DNA of 64,000 nt from Auanema rhodensis (Eukaryota; Animalia; Nematoda). The stretch spans positions 17,174,001 through 17,238,000 of the forward strand of contig OZ059900.1 of assembly GCA_964057225.1 (NCBI GenBank). Reading direction: 5' to 3'. The notes under the pieces were generated by a model that saw only the letters and a list, made by a program, of their open reading frames with translations, was not told where the DNA came from and did not search any database. Shown piece by piece: positions 1 to 11,700 of the stretch. The number at the start of each line of letters is the position of its first letter. The stretch's first letter is position 1. The position numbers and the translations under genes were made by a program.

Positions 1-188
1 TGTTCAAACTCATGCAATGTCAATGAAACCTAGCTCAAAATTGTTCCTACAACGTCTAGTTCCACTTTCACGACAAAAAAACAGGGGTTAGAAAATTAAG
101 GAAATTAGCATATTCTGAGGGCACGCCCTTTATGGCTAATATTGATTAAATCGATTTTTGTTCATATGAGTCGTCAAATGCAACGAAT

Positions 189-231
189 TTCAGCGTGTTA
201 CATACTAAAATGAAGCATTTTACATGCTGAA
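189..231. other. Bulged inverted repeat (potential hairpin) present in each monomer
   Basis: TTCAGCGTG (189-197) pairs with CATGCTGAA (223-231): 8 Watson-Crick pairs plus one G-T. TAAAATG (206-212) pairs perfectly with CATTTTA (216-222) around an AAG loop. 8-nt bulge at 198-205. Confidence 0.7.
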
Positions 232-342
232 CACTAGAAAAATACAAAAACACAGTATTTCCCATGAGAAATATTTTATTATGCTGGAAAACCAGTTTTT
301 GGAAATTTCGCTGTAAACAAGGTTTTGACTTACGATTTCATG

Positions 343-684
343 TGTTCAAACTCATGCAATGTCAATGAAACCTAGCTCAAAATTGTTCGTACAACGTCTA
401 GTTCCACTTTCACGACAAAAAAACAGGGGTTAGAAAATTAAGGAAATTAGCATATTCTGAGGGCACGCCCCTTATGGCTAATATTGATTAAATCGATTTT
501 TGTTCATATGAGTCGTCAAATGCAACGAATTTCAGCGTGTTACATACTAAAATGAAGCATTTTACATGCTGAACACTAGAAAAATACAAAAACACAGTAT
601 TTCCCATGAGAAATATTTTATTATGCTGGAAAACCAGTTTTTGGAAATTTCGCTGTAAACAAGGTTTTGACTTACGATTTCATG
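343..684 (+). repeat. Representative consensus-type monomer (M2), 342 bp, about 66% AT
   Basis: Carries the majority allele at the variable sites (TTCGTAC, GCCCCTT, GTATTTC, TTTGGAAA). Apparently identical copies include M5, M11, M13, M17 and M25. Hand count: 59 C and 57 G in 342 bp. Confidence 0.95.
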
Positions 685-2736
685 TGTTCAAACTCATGCA
701 ATGTCAATGAAACCTAGCTCAAAATTGTTCGTACAACGACTAGTTCCACTTTCACGACAAAAAAACAGGGGTTAGAAAATTAAGGAAATTAGCATATTCT
801 GAGGGCACGCCCCTTATGGCTAATATTGATTAAATCGATTTTTGTTCATATGAGTCGTCAAATGCAACGAATTTCAGCGTGTTACATACTAAAATGAAGC
901 ATTTTACATGCTGAACACTAGAAAAATACAAAAACACAGTAATACCCATGAGAAATATTTTATTATGCTGGAAAACCAGTTTTTGGAAATTTCGCTGTAA
1001 ACAAGGTTTTGACTTACGATTTCATGTGTTCAAACTCATGCAATGTCAATGAAACCTAGCTCAAAATTGTTCCTACAACGTCTAGTTCCACTTTCACGAC
1101 AAAAAAACAGGGGTTAGAAAATTAAGGAAATTAGCATATTCTGAGGGCACGCCCTTTATGGCTAATATTGATTAAATCGATTTTTGTTCATATGAGTCGT
1201 CAAATGCAACGAATTTCAGCGTGTTACATACTAAAATGAAGCATTTTACATGCTGAACACTAGAAAAATACAAAAACACAGTATTTCCCATGAGAAATAT
1301 TTTATTATGCTGGAAAACCAGTTTTTGGAAATTTCGCTGTAAACAAGGTTTTGACTTACGATTTCATGTGTTCAAACTCATGCAATGTCAATGAAACCTA
1401 GCTCAAAATTGTTCGTACAACGTCTAGTTCCACTTTCACGACAAAAAAACAGGGGTTAGAAAATTAAGGAAATTAGCATATTCTGAGGGCACGCCCCTTA
1501 TGGCTAATATTGATTAAATCGATTTTTGTTCATATGAGTCGTCAAATGCAACGAATTTCAGCGTGTTACATACTAAAATGAAGCATTTTACATGCTGAAC
1601 ACTAGAAAAATACAAAAACACAGTATTTCCCATGAGAAATATTTTATTATGCTGGAAAACCAGTTTTTGGAAATTTCGCTGTAAACAAGGTTTTGACTTA
1701 CGATTTCATGTGTTCAAACTCATGCAATGTCAATGAAACCTAGCTCAAAATTGTTCGTACAACGACTAGTTCCACTTTCACGACAAAAAAACAGGGGTTA
1801 GAAAATTAAGGAAATTAGCATATTCTGAGGGCACGCCCCTTATGGCTAATATTGATTAAATCGATTTTTGTTCATATGAGTCGTCAAATGCAACGAATTT
1901 CAGCGTGTTACATACTAAAATGAAGCATTTTACATGCTGAACACTAGAAAAATACAAAAACACAGTAATACCCATGAGAAATATTTTATTATGCTGGAAA
2001 ACCAGTTTTTGGAAATTTCGCTGTAAACAAGGTTTTGACTTACGATTTCATGTGTTCAAACTCATGCAATGTCAATGAAACCTAGCTCAAAATTGTTAAT
2101 ACAATGTCTAGTTCCACTTTCACGACAAAAAAACAGGGGTTAGAAAATTAAGGAAATTAGCATATTCTGAGGGCACGCCCTTTATGGCTAATATTGATTA
2201 AATCGATTTTTGTTCATATGAGTCGTCAAATGCAACGAATTTCAGCGTGTTACATACTAAAATGAAGCATTTTACATGCTGAACACTAGAAAAATACAAA
2301 AACACAGTATTTCCCATGAGAAATATTTTATTATGCTGGAAAACCAGTTTTTGGAAATTTCGCTGTAAACAAGGTTTTGACTTACGATTTCATGTGTTCA
2401 AACTCATGCAATGTCAATGAAACCTAGCTCAAAATTGTTCGTACAACGTCTAGTTCCACTTTCACGACAAAAAAACAGGGGTTAGAAAATTAAGGAAATT
2501 AGCATATTCTGAGGGCACGCCCCTTATGGCTAATATTGATTAAATCGATTTTTGTTCATATGAGTCGTCAAATACAACGAATTTCAGCGTGTTACGTACT
2601 AAAATGAAGCATTTTACATGCTGAACACTAGAAAAATACAAAAACACAGTATTTCCCATGAGAAATATTTTATTATGCTGGAAAACCAGTTTTTGGAAAT
2701 TTCGCTGTAAACAAGGTTTTGACTTACGATTTCATG

Positions 2737-5700
2737 TGTTCAAACTCATGCAATGTCAATGAAACCTAGCTCAAAATTGTTCCTACAACGTCTAGTTCCA
2801 CTTTCACGACAAAAAAACAGGGGTTAGAAAATTAAGGAAATTAGCATATTCTGAGGGCACGCCCTTTATGGCTAATATTGATTAAATCGATTTTTGTTCA
2901 TATGAGTCGTCAAATGCAACGAATTTCAGCGTGTTACATACTAAAATGAAGCATTTTACATGCTGAACACTAGAAAAATACAAAAACACAGTATTTCCCA
3001 TGAGAAATATTTTATTATGCTGGAAAACCAGTTTTTGGAAATTTCGCTGTAAACAAGGTTTTGACTTACGATTTCATGTGTTCAAACTCATGCAATGTCA
3101 ATGAAACCTAGCTCAAAATTGTTCGTACAACGTCTAGTTCCACTTTCACGACAAAAAAACAGGGGTTAGAAAATTAAGGAAATTAGCATATTCTGAGGGC
3201 ACGCCCCTTATGGCTAATATTGATTAAATCGATTTTTGTTCATATGAGTCGTCAAATGCAACGAATTTCAGCGTGTTACATACTAAAATGAACCATTTTA
3301 CATGCTGAACACTAGAAAAATACAAAAACACAGTATTTCCCATGAGAATAATTTTATTATGCTGGAAAACCAGTTTTTGGAAATTTCGCTGTAAACAAGG
3401 TTTTGACTTACGATTTCATGTGTTCAAACTCATGCAATGTCAATGAAACCTAGCTCAAAATTGTTCGTACAACGTCTAGTTCCACTTTCACGACAAAAAA
3501 ACAGGGGTTAGAAAATTAAGGAAATTAGCATATTCTGAGGGCACGCCCCTTATGGCTAATATTGATTAAATCGATTTTTGTTCATATGAGTCGTCAAATG
3601 CAACGAATTTCAGCGTGTTACATACTAAAATGAAGCATTTTACATGCTGAACACTAGAAAAATACAAAAACACAGTATTTCCCATGAGAAATATTTTATT
3701 ATGCTGGAAAACCAGTTTTTGGAAATTTCGCTGTAAACAAGGTTTTGACTTACGATTTCATGTGTTCAAACTCATGCAATGTCAATGAAACCTAGCTCAA
3801 AATTGTTCGTACAACGACTAGTTCCACTTTCACGACAAAAAAACAGGGGTTAGAAAATTAAGGAAATTAGCATATTCTGAGGGCACGCCCCTTATGGCTA
3901 ATATTGATTAAATCGATTTTTGTTCATATGAGTCGTCAAATGCAACGAATTTCAGCGTGTTACATACTAAAATGAAGCATTTTACATGCTGAACACTAGA
4001 AAAATACAAAAACACAGTATTTCCCATGAGAAATATTTTATTATGCTGGAAAACCAGTTTTTGGAAATTTCGCTGTAAACAAGGTTTTGACTTACGATTT
4101 CATGTGTTCAAACTCATGCAATGTCAATGAAACCTAGCTCAAAATTGTTCGTACAACGTCTAGTTCCACTTTCACGACAAAAAAACAGGGGTTAGAAAAT
4201 TAAGGAAATTAGCATATTCTGAGGGCACGCCCCTTATGGCTAATATTGATTAAATCGATTTTTGTTCATATGAGTCGTCAAATGCAACGAATTTCAGCGT
4301 GTTACATACTAAAATGAAGCATTTTACATGCTGAACACTAGAAAAATACAAAAACACAGTATTTCCCATGAGAAATATTTTATTATGCTGGAAAACCAGT
4401 TTTTGGAAATTTCGCTGTAAACAAGGTTTTGACTTACGATTTCATGTGTTCAAACTCATGCAATGTCAATGAAACCTAGCTCAAAATTGTTCGTACAACG
4501 ACTAGTTCCACTTTCACGACAAAAAAACAGGGGTTAGAAAATTAAGGAAATTAGCATATTCTGAGGGCACGCCCCTTATGGCTAATATTGATTAAATCGA
4601 TTTTTGTTCATATGAGTCGTCAAATGCAACGAATTTCAGCGTGTTACATACTAAAATGAAGCATTTTACATGCTGAACACTAGAAAAATACAAAAACACA
4701 GTATTTCCCATGAGAAATATTTTATTATGCTGGAAAACCAGTTTTTGAAAATTTCGCTGTAAACAAGGTTTTGACTTACGATTTCATGTGTTCAAACTCA
4801 TGCAATGTCAATGAAACCTAGCTCAAAATTGTTCCTACAACGTCTAGTTCCACTTTCACGACAAAAAAACAGGGGTTAGAAAATTAAGGAAATTAGCATA
4901 TTCTGAGGGCACGCCCTTTATGGCTAATATTGATTAAATCGATTTTTGTTCATATGAGTCGTCAAATGCAACGAATTTCAGCGTGTTACATACTAAAATG
5001 AAGCATTTTACATGCTGAACACTAGAAAAATACAAAAACACAGTATTTCCCATGAGAAATATTTTATTATGCTGGAAAACCAGTTTTTGGAAATTTCGCT
5101 GTAAACAAGGTTTTGACTTACGATTTCATGTGTTCAAACTCATGCAATGTCAATGAAACCTAGCTCAAAATTGTTCGTACAACGACTAGTTCCACTTTCA
5201 CGACAAAAAAACAGGGGTTAGAAAATTAAGGAAATTAGCATATTCTGAGGGCACGCCCCTTATGGCTAATATTGATTAAATCGATTTTTGTTCATATGAG
5301 TCGTCAAATGCAACGAATTTCAGCGTGTTACATACTAAAATGAAGCATTTTACATGCTGAACACTAGAAAAATACAAAAACACAGTATTTCCCATGAGAA
5401 TAATTTTATTATGCTGGAAAACCAGTTTTTGGAAATTTCGCTGTAAACAAGGTTTTGACTTACGATTTCATGTGTTCAAACTCATGCAATGTCAATGAAA
5501 CCTAGCTCAAAATTGTTCGTACAACGTCTAGTTCCACTTTCACGACAAAAAAACAGGGGTTAGAAAATTAAGGAAATTAGCATATTCTGAGGGCACGCCC
5601 CTTATGGCTAATATTGATTAAATCGATTTTTGTTCATATGAGTCGTCAAATGCAACGAATTTCAGCGTGTTACATACTAAAATGAAGCATTTTACATGCT

Positions 5701-8700
5701 GAACACTAGAAAAATACAAAAACACAGTATTTCCCATGAGAAATATTTTATTATGCTGGAAAACCAGTTTTTGGAAATTTCGCTGTAAACAAGGTTTTGA
5801 CTTACGATTTCATGTGTTCAAACTCATGCAATGTCAATGAAACCTAGCTCAAAATTGTTCCTACAACGTCTAGTTCCACTTTCACGACAAAAAAACAGGG
5901 GTTAGAAAATTAAGGAAATTAGCATATTCTGAGGGCACGCCCTTTATGGCTAATATTGATTAAATCGATTTTTGTTCATATGAGTCGTCAAATGCAACGA
6001 ATTTCAGCGTGTTACATACTAAAATGAAGCATTTCACATGCTGAACACTAGAAAAATACAAAAACACAGTATTTCCCATGAGAAATATTTTATTATGCTG
6101 GAAAACCAGTTTTTGGAAATTTCGCTGTAAACAAGGTTTTGACTTACGATTTCATGTGTTCAAACTCATGCAATGTCAATGAAACCTAGCTCAAAATTGT
6201 TCGTACAACGTCTGGTTCCACTTTCACGACAAAAAAACAGGGGTTAGAAAATTAAGGAAATTAGCATATTCTGAGGGCACGCCCCTTATGGCTAATATTG
6301 ATTAAATCGATTTTTGTTCATATGAGTCGTCAAATGCAACGAATTTCAGCGTGTTACATACTAAAATGAAGCATTTTACATGCTGAACACTAGAAAAATA
6401 CAAAAACACAGTATTTCCCATGAGAAATATTTTATTATGCTGGAAAACCAGTTTTTGGAAATTTCGCTGTAAACAAGGTTTTGACTTACGATTTCATGTG
6501 TTCAAACTCATGCAATGTCAATGAAACCTAGCTCAAAATTGTTCGTACAACGTCTAGTTCCACTTTCACGACAAAAAAACAGGGGTTAGAAAATTAAGGA
6601 AATTAGCATATTCTGAGGGCACGCCCCCTTATGGCTAATATTGATTAAATCGATTTTTGTTCATATGAGTCGTCAAATGCAACGAATTTCAGCGTGTTAC
6701 ATACTAAAATGAAGCATTTTACATGCTGAACACTAGAAAAATACAAAAACACAGTAATACCCATGAGAAATATTTTATTATGCTGGAAAACCAGTTTTTG
6801 GAAATTTCGCTGTAAACAAGGTTTTGACTTACGATTTCATGTGTTTAAACTCATGCAATGTCAATGAAACCTAGCTCAAAATTGTTAATACAATGTCTAG
6901 TTCCACTTTCACGACAAAAAAACAGGGGTTAGAAAATTAAGGAAATTAGCATATTCTGAGGGCACGCCCTTTATGGCTAATATTGATTAAATCGATTTTT
7001 GTTCATATGAGTCGTCAAATGCAACGAATTTCAGCGTGTTACATACTAAAATGAAGCATTTTACATGCTGAACACTAGAAAAATACAAAAACACAGTATT
7101 TCCCATGAGAAATATTTTATTATGCTGGAAAACCAGTTTTTGGAAATTTCGCTGTAAACAAGGTTTTGACTTACGATTTCATGTGTTCAAACTCATGCAA
7201 TGTCAATGAAACCTAGCTCAAAATTGTTCGTACAACGTCTAGTTCCACTTTCACGACAAAAAAACAGGGGTTAGAAAATTAAGGAAATTAGCATATTCTG
7301 AGGGCACGCCCCCTTATGGCTAATATTGATTAAATCGATTTTTGTTCATATGAGTCGTCAAATGCAACGAATTTCAGCGTGTTACATACTAAAATGAAGC
7401 ATTTTACATGCTGAACACTAGAAAAATACAAAAACACAGTAATACCCATGAGAAATATTTTATTATGCTGGAAAACCAGTTTTTGGAAATTTCGCTGTAA
7501 ACAAGGTTTTGACTTACGATTTCATGTGTTTAAACTCATGCAATGTCAATGAAACCTAGCTCAAAATTGTTAATACAATGTCTAGTTCCACTTTCACGAC
7601 AAAAAAACAGGGGTTAGAAAATTAAGGAAATTAGCATATTCTGAGGGCACGCCCTTTATGGCTAATATTGATTAAATCGATTTTTGTTCATATGAGTCGT
7701 CAAATGCAACGAATTTCAGCGTGTTACATACTAAAATGAAGCATTTTACATGCTGAACACTAGAAAAATACAAAAACACAGTATTTCCCATGAGAAATAT
7801 TTTATTATGCTGGAAAACCAGTTTTTGGAAATTTCGCTGTAAACAAGGTTTTGACTTACGATTTCATGTGTTCAAACTCATGCAATGTCAATGAAACCTA
7901 GCTCAAAATTGTTCGTACAACGTCTAGTTCCACTTTCACGACTAAAAAACAGGGGTTAGAAAATTAAGGAAATTAGCATATTCTGAGGGCACGCCCCTTA
8001 TGGCTAATATTGATTAAATCGATTTTTGTTCATATGAGTCGTCAAATGCAACGAATTTCAGCGTGTTACATACTAAAATAAAGCATTTTACATGCTGAAC
8101 ACTAGAAAAATACAAAAACACAGTATTTCCCATGAGAAATATTTTATTATGCTGGAAAACCAGTTTTTGGAAATTTCGCTGTAAACAAGGTTTTGACTTA
8201 CGATTTCATGTGTTCAAACTCATGCAATGTCAATGAAACCTAGCTCAAAATTGTTCGTACAACGTCTAGTTCCACTTTCACGACAAAAAAACAGGGGTTA
8301 GAAAATTAAGGAAATTAGCATATTCTGAGGGCACGCCCCTTATGGCTAATATTGATTAAATCGATTTTTGTTCATATGAGTCGTCAAATGCAACGAATTT
8401 CAGCGTGTTACATACTAAAATGAAGCATTTTACATGCTGAACACTAGAAAAATACAAAAACACAGTATTTCCCATGAGAAATATTTTATTATGCTGGAAA
8501 ACCAGTTTTTGGAAATTTCGCTGTAAACAAGGTTTTGACTTACGATTTCATGTGTTCAAACTCATGCAATGTCAATGAAACCCAGCTCAAAATTGTTCGT
8601 ACAACGTCTAGTTCCACTTTCACGACAAAAAAACAGGGGTTAGAAAATTAAGGAAATTAGCATATTCTGAGGGCACGCCCCTTATGGCTAATATTGATTA

Positions 8701-11700
8701 AATCGATTTTTGTTCATATGAGTCGTCAAATGCAACGAATTTCAGCGTGTTACATACTAAAAAGAAGCATTTTACATGCTGAACACTAGAAAAATACAAA
8801 AACACAGTATTTCCCATGAGAAATATTTTATTATGCTGGAAAACCAGTTTTTGGAAATTTCGCTGTAAACAAGGTTTTGACTTACGATTTCATGTGTTCA
8901 AACTCATGCAATGTCAATGAAACCTAGCTCAAAATTGTTCCTACAACGTCTAGTTCCACTTTCACGACAAAAAAACAGGGGTTAGAAAATTAAGGAAATT
9001 AGCATATTCTGAGGGCACGCCCTTTATGGCTAATATTGATTAAATCGATTTTTGTTCATATGAGTCGTCAAATGCAACGAATTTCAGCGTGTTACATACT
9101 AAAATGAAGCATTTTACATGCTGAACACTAGAAAAATACAAAAACACAGTATTTCCCATGAGAAATATTTTATTATGCTGGAAAACCAGTTTTTGGAAAT
9201 TTCGCTGTAAACAAGGTTTTGACTTACGATTTCATGTGTTCAAACTCATGCAATGTCAATGAAACCTAGCTCAAAATTGTTCGTACAACGTCTAGTTCCA
9301 CTTTCACGACAAAAAAACAGGGGTTAGAAAATTAAGGAAATTAGCATATTCTGAGGGCACGCCCCTTATGGCTAATATTGATTAAATCGATTTTTGTTCA
9401 TATGAGTCGTCAAATGCAACGAATTTCAGCGTGTTACATACTAAAATGAAGCATTTTACATGCTGAACACTAGAAAAATACAAAAACACAGTATTTCCCA
9501 TGAGAATAATTTTATTATGCTGGAAAACCAGTTTTTGGAAATTTCGCTGTAAACAAGGTTTTGACTTACGATTTCATGTGTTCAAACTCATGCAATGTCA
9601 ATGAAACCTAGCTCAAAATTGTTCGTACAACGTCTAGTTCCACTTTCACGACAAAAAAACAGGGGTTAGAAAATTAAGGAAATTAGCATATTCTGAGGGC
9701 ACGCCCCTTATGGCTAATATTGATTAAATCGATTTTTGTTCATATGAGTCGTCAAATGCAACGAATTTCAGCGTGTTACATACTAAAATGAAGCATTTTA
9801 CATGCTGAACACTAGAAAAATACAAAAACACAGTATTTCCCATGAGAAATATTTTATTATGCTGGAAAACCAGTTTTTGGAAATTTCGCTGTAAACAAGG
9901 TTTTGACTTACGATTTCATGTGTTCAAACTCATGCAATGTCAATGAAACCTAGCTCAAAATTGTTCGTACAACGACTAGTTCCACTTTCACGACAAAAAA
10001 ACAGGGGTTAGAAAATTAAGGAAATTAGCATATTCTGAGGGCACGCCCCTTATGGCTAATATTGATTAAATCGATTTTTGTTCATATGAGTCGTCAAATG
10101 CAACGAATTTCAGCGTGTTACATACTAAAATGAAGCATTTTACATGCTGAACACTAGAAAAATACAAAAACACAGTATTTCCCATGAGAAATATTTTATT
10201 ATGCTGGAAAACCAGTTTTTGGAAATTTCGCTGTAAACAAGGTTTTGACTTACGATTTCATGTGTTCAAACTCATGCAATGTCAATGAAACCTAGCTCAA
10301 AATTGTTCGTACAACGTCTAGTTCCACTTTCACGACAAAAAAACAGGGGTTAGAAAATTAAGGAAATTAGCATATTCTGAGGGCACGCCCCTTATGGCTA
10401 ATATTGATTAAATCGATTTTTGTTCATATGAGTCGTCAAATGCAACGAATTTCAGCGTGTTACATACTAAAATGAAGCATTTTACATGCTGAACACTAGA
10501 AAAATACAAAAACACAGTATTTCCCATGAGAAATATTTTATTATGCTGGAAAACCAGTTTTTGGAAATTTCGCTGTAAACAAGGTTTTGACTTACGATTT
10601 CATGTGTTCAAACTCATGCAATGTCAATGAAACCTAGCTCAAAATTGTTCGTACAACGACTAGTTCCACTTTCACGACAAAAAAACAGGGGTTAGAAAAT
10701 TAAGGAAATTAGCATATTCTGAGGGCACGCCCCTTATGGCTAATATTGATTAAATCGATTTTTGTTCATATGAGTCGTCAAATGCAACGAATTTCAGCGT
10801 GTTACATACTAAAATGAAGCATTTTACATGCTGAACACTAGAAAAATACAAAAACACAGTATTTCCCATGAGAAATATTTTATTATGCTGGAAAACCAGT
10901 TTTTGAAAATTTCGCTGTAAACAAGGTTTTGACTTACGATTTCATGTGTTCAAACTCATGCAATGTCAATGAAACCTAGCTCAAAATTGTTCCTACAACG
11001 TCTAGTTCCACTTTTACGACAAAAAAACAGGGGTTAGAAAATTAAGGAAATTAGCATATTCTGAGGGCACGCCCTTTATGGCTAATATTGATTAAATCGA
11101 TTTTTGTTCATATGAGTCGTCAAATGCAACGAATTTCAGCGTGTTACATACTAAAATGAAGCATTTTACATGCTGAACACTAGAAAAATACAAAAACACA
11201 GTATTTCCCATGAGAAATATTTTATTATGCTGGAAAACCAGTTTTTGGAAATTTCGCTGTAAACAAGGTTTTGACTTACGATTTCATGTGTTCAAACTCA
11301 TGCAATGTCAATGAAACCTAGCTCAAAATTGTTCGTACAACGACTAGTTCCACTTTCACGACAAAAAAACAGGGGTTAGAAAATTAAGGAAATTAGCATA
11401 TTCTGAGGGCACGCCCCTTATGGCTAATATTGATTAAATCGATTTTTGTTCATATGAGTCGTCAAATGCAACGAATTTCAGCGTGTTACATACTAAAATG
11501 AAGCATTTTACATGCTGAACACTAGAAAAATACAAAAACACAGTATTTCCCATGAGAAATATTTTATTATGCTGGAAAACCAGTTTTTGAAAATTTCGCT
11601 GTAAACAAGGTTTTGACTTACGATTTCATGTGTTCAAACTCATGCAATGTCAATGAAACCTAGCTCAAAATTGTTCCTACAACGTCTAGTTCCACTTTCA

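Larger units (their letters stand above)
1..2052 (+). repeat. 3-monomer (1026 bp) higher-order unit x2 (M1-3 = M4-6)
   Basis: The order [TTCCTAC+CCCTTT], [consensus], [GACTAG+GTAATAC] occurs twice in tandem. Confidence 0.85.

Noticed and set aside
84-91. Telomere-like GGGGTTAG
   Set aside because: Single copy per monomer, not tandem; too few G-runs for a telomeric tract or G-quadruplex.
284-300. CTGG-AAAA-CCAG followed by TTTTT, resembling an intrinsic terminator
   Set aside because: The stem is only 4 bp, there is no upstream gene, and the context is satellite DNA.
224-316. Short ORF MLNTRKIQKHSISHEKYFIMLENQFLEISL in each monomer
   Set aside because: Only 30 codons, no recognisable motif or expression signals; expected by chance.
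1-342. Monomer length is a multiple of 3, so the array could encode a giant repeat protein
   Set aside because: All three + frames have stops in each monomer (TAG 31-33, TAG 89-91, TGA 24-26). All three - frames do as well (plus-strand TCA 4-6, TCA 20-22, CTA 30-32).
1-342. Primate alpha-satellite dimer (2x171 bp)
   Set aside because: Length fits, but there is no extended similarity to the alpha-satellite consensus as I recall it, no clear 171-bp internal repeat and no intact CENP-B box.
1-342. Tandem 5S rRNA, tRNA, snRNA or spliced-leader gene unit
   Set aside because: No recognisable 5S or tRNA sequence, cloverleaf, Pol III A/B boxes or SL motif. An Rfam/Infernal scan would be the formal test.
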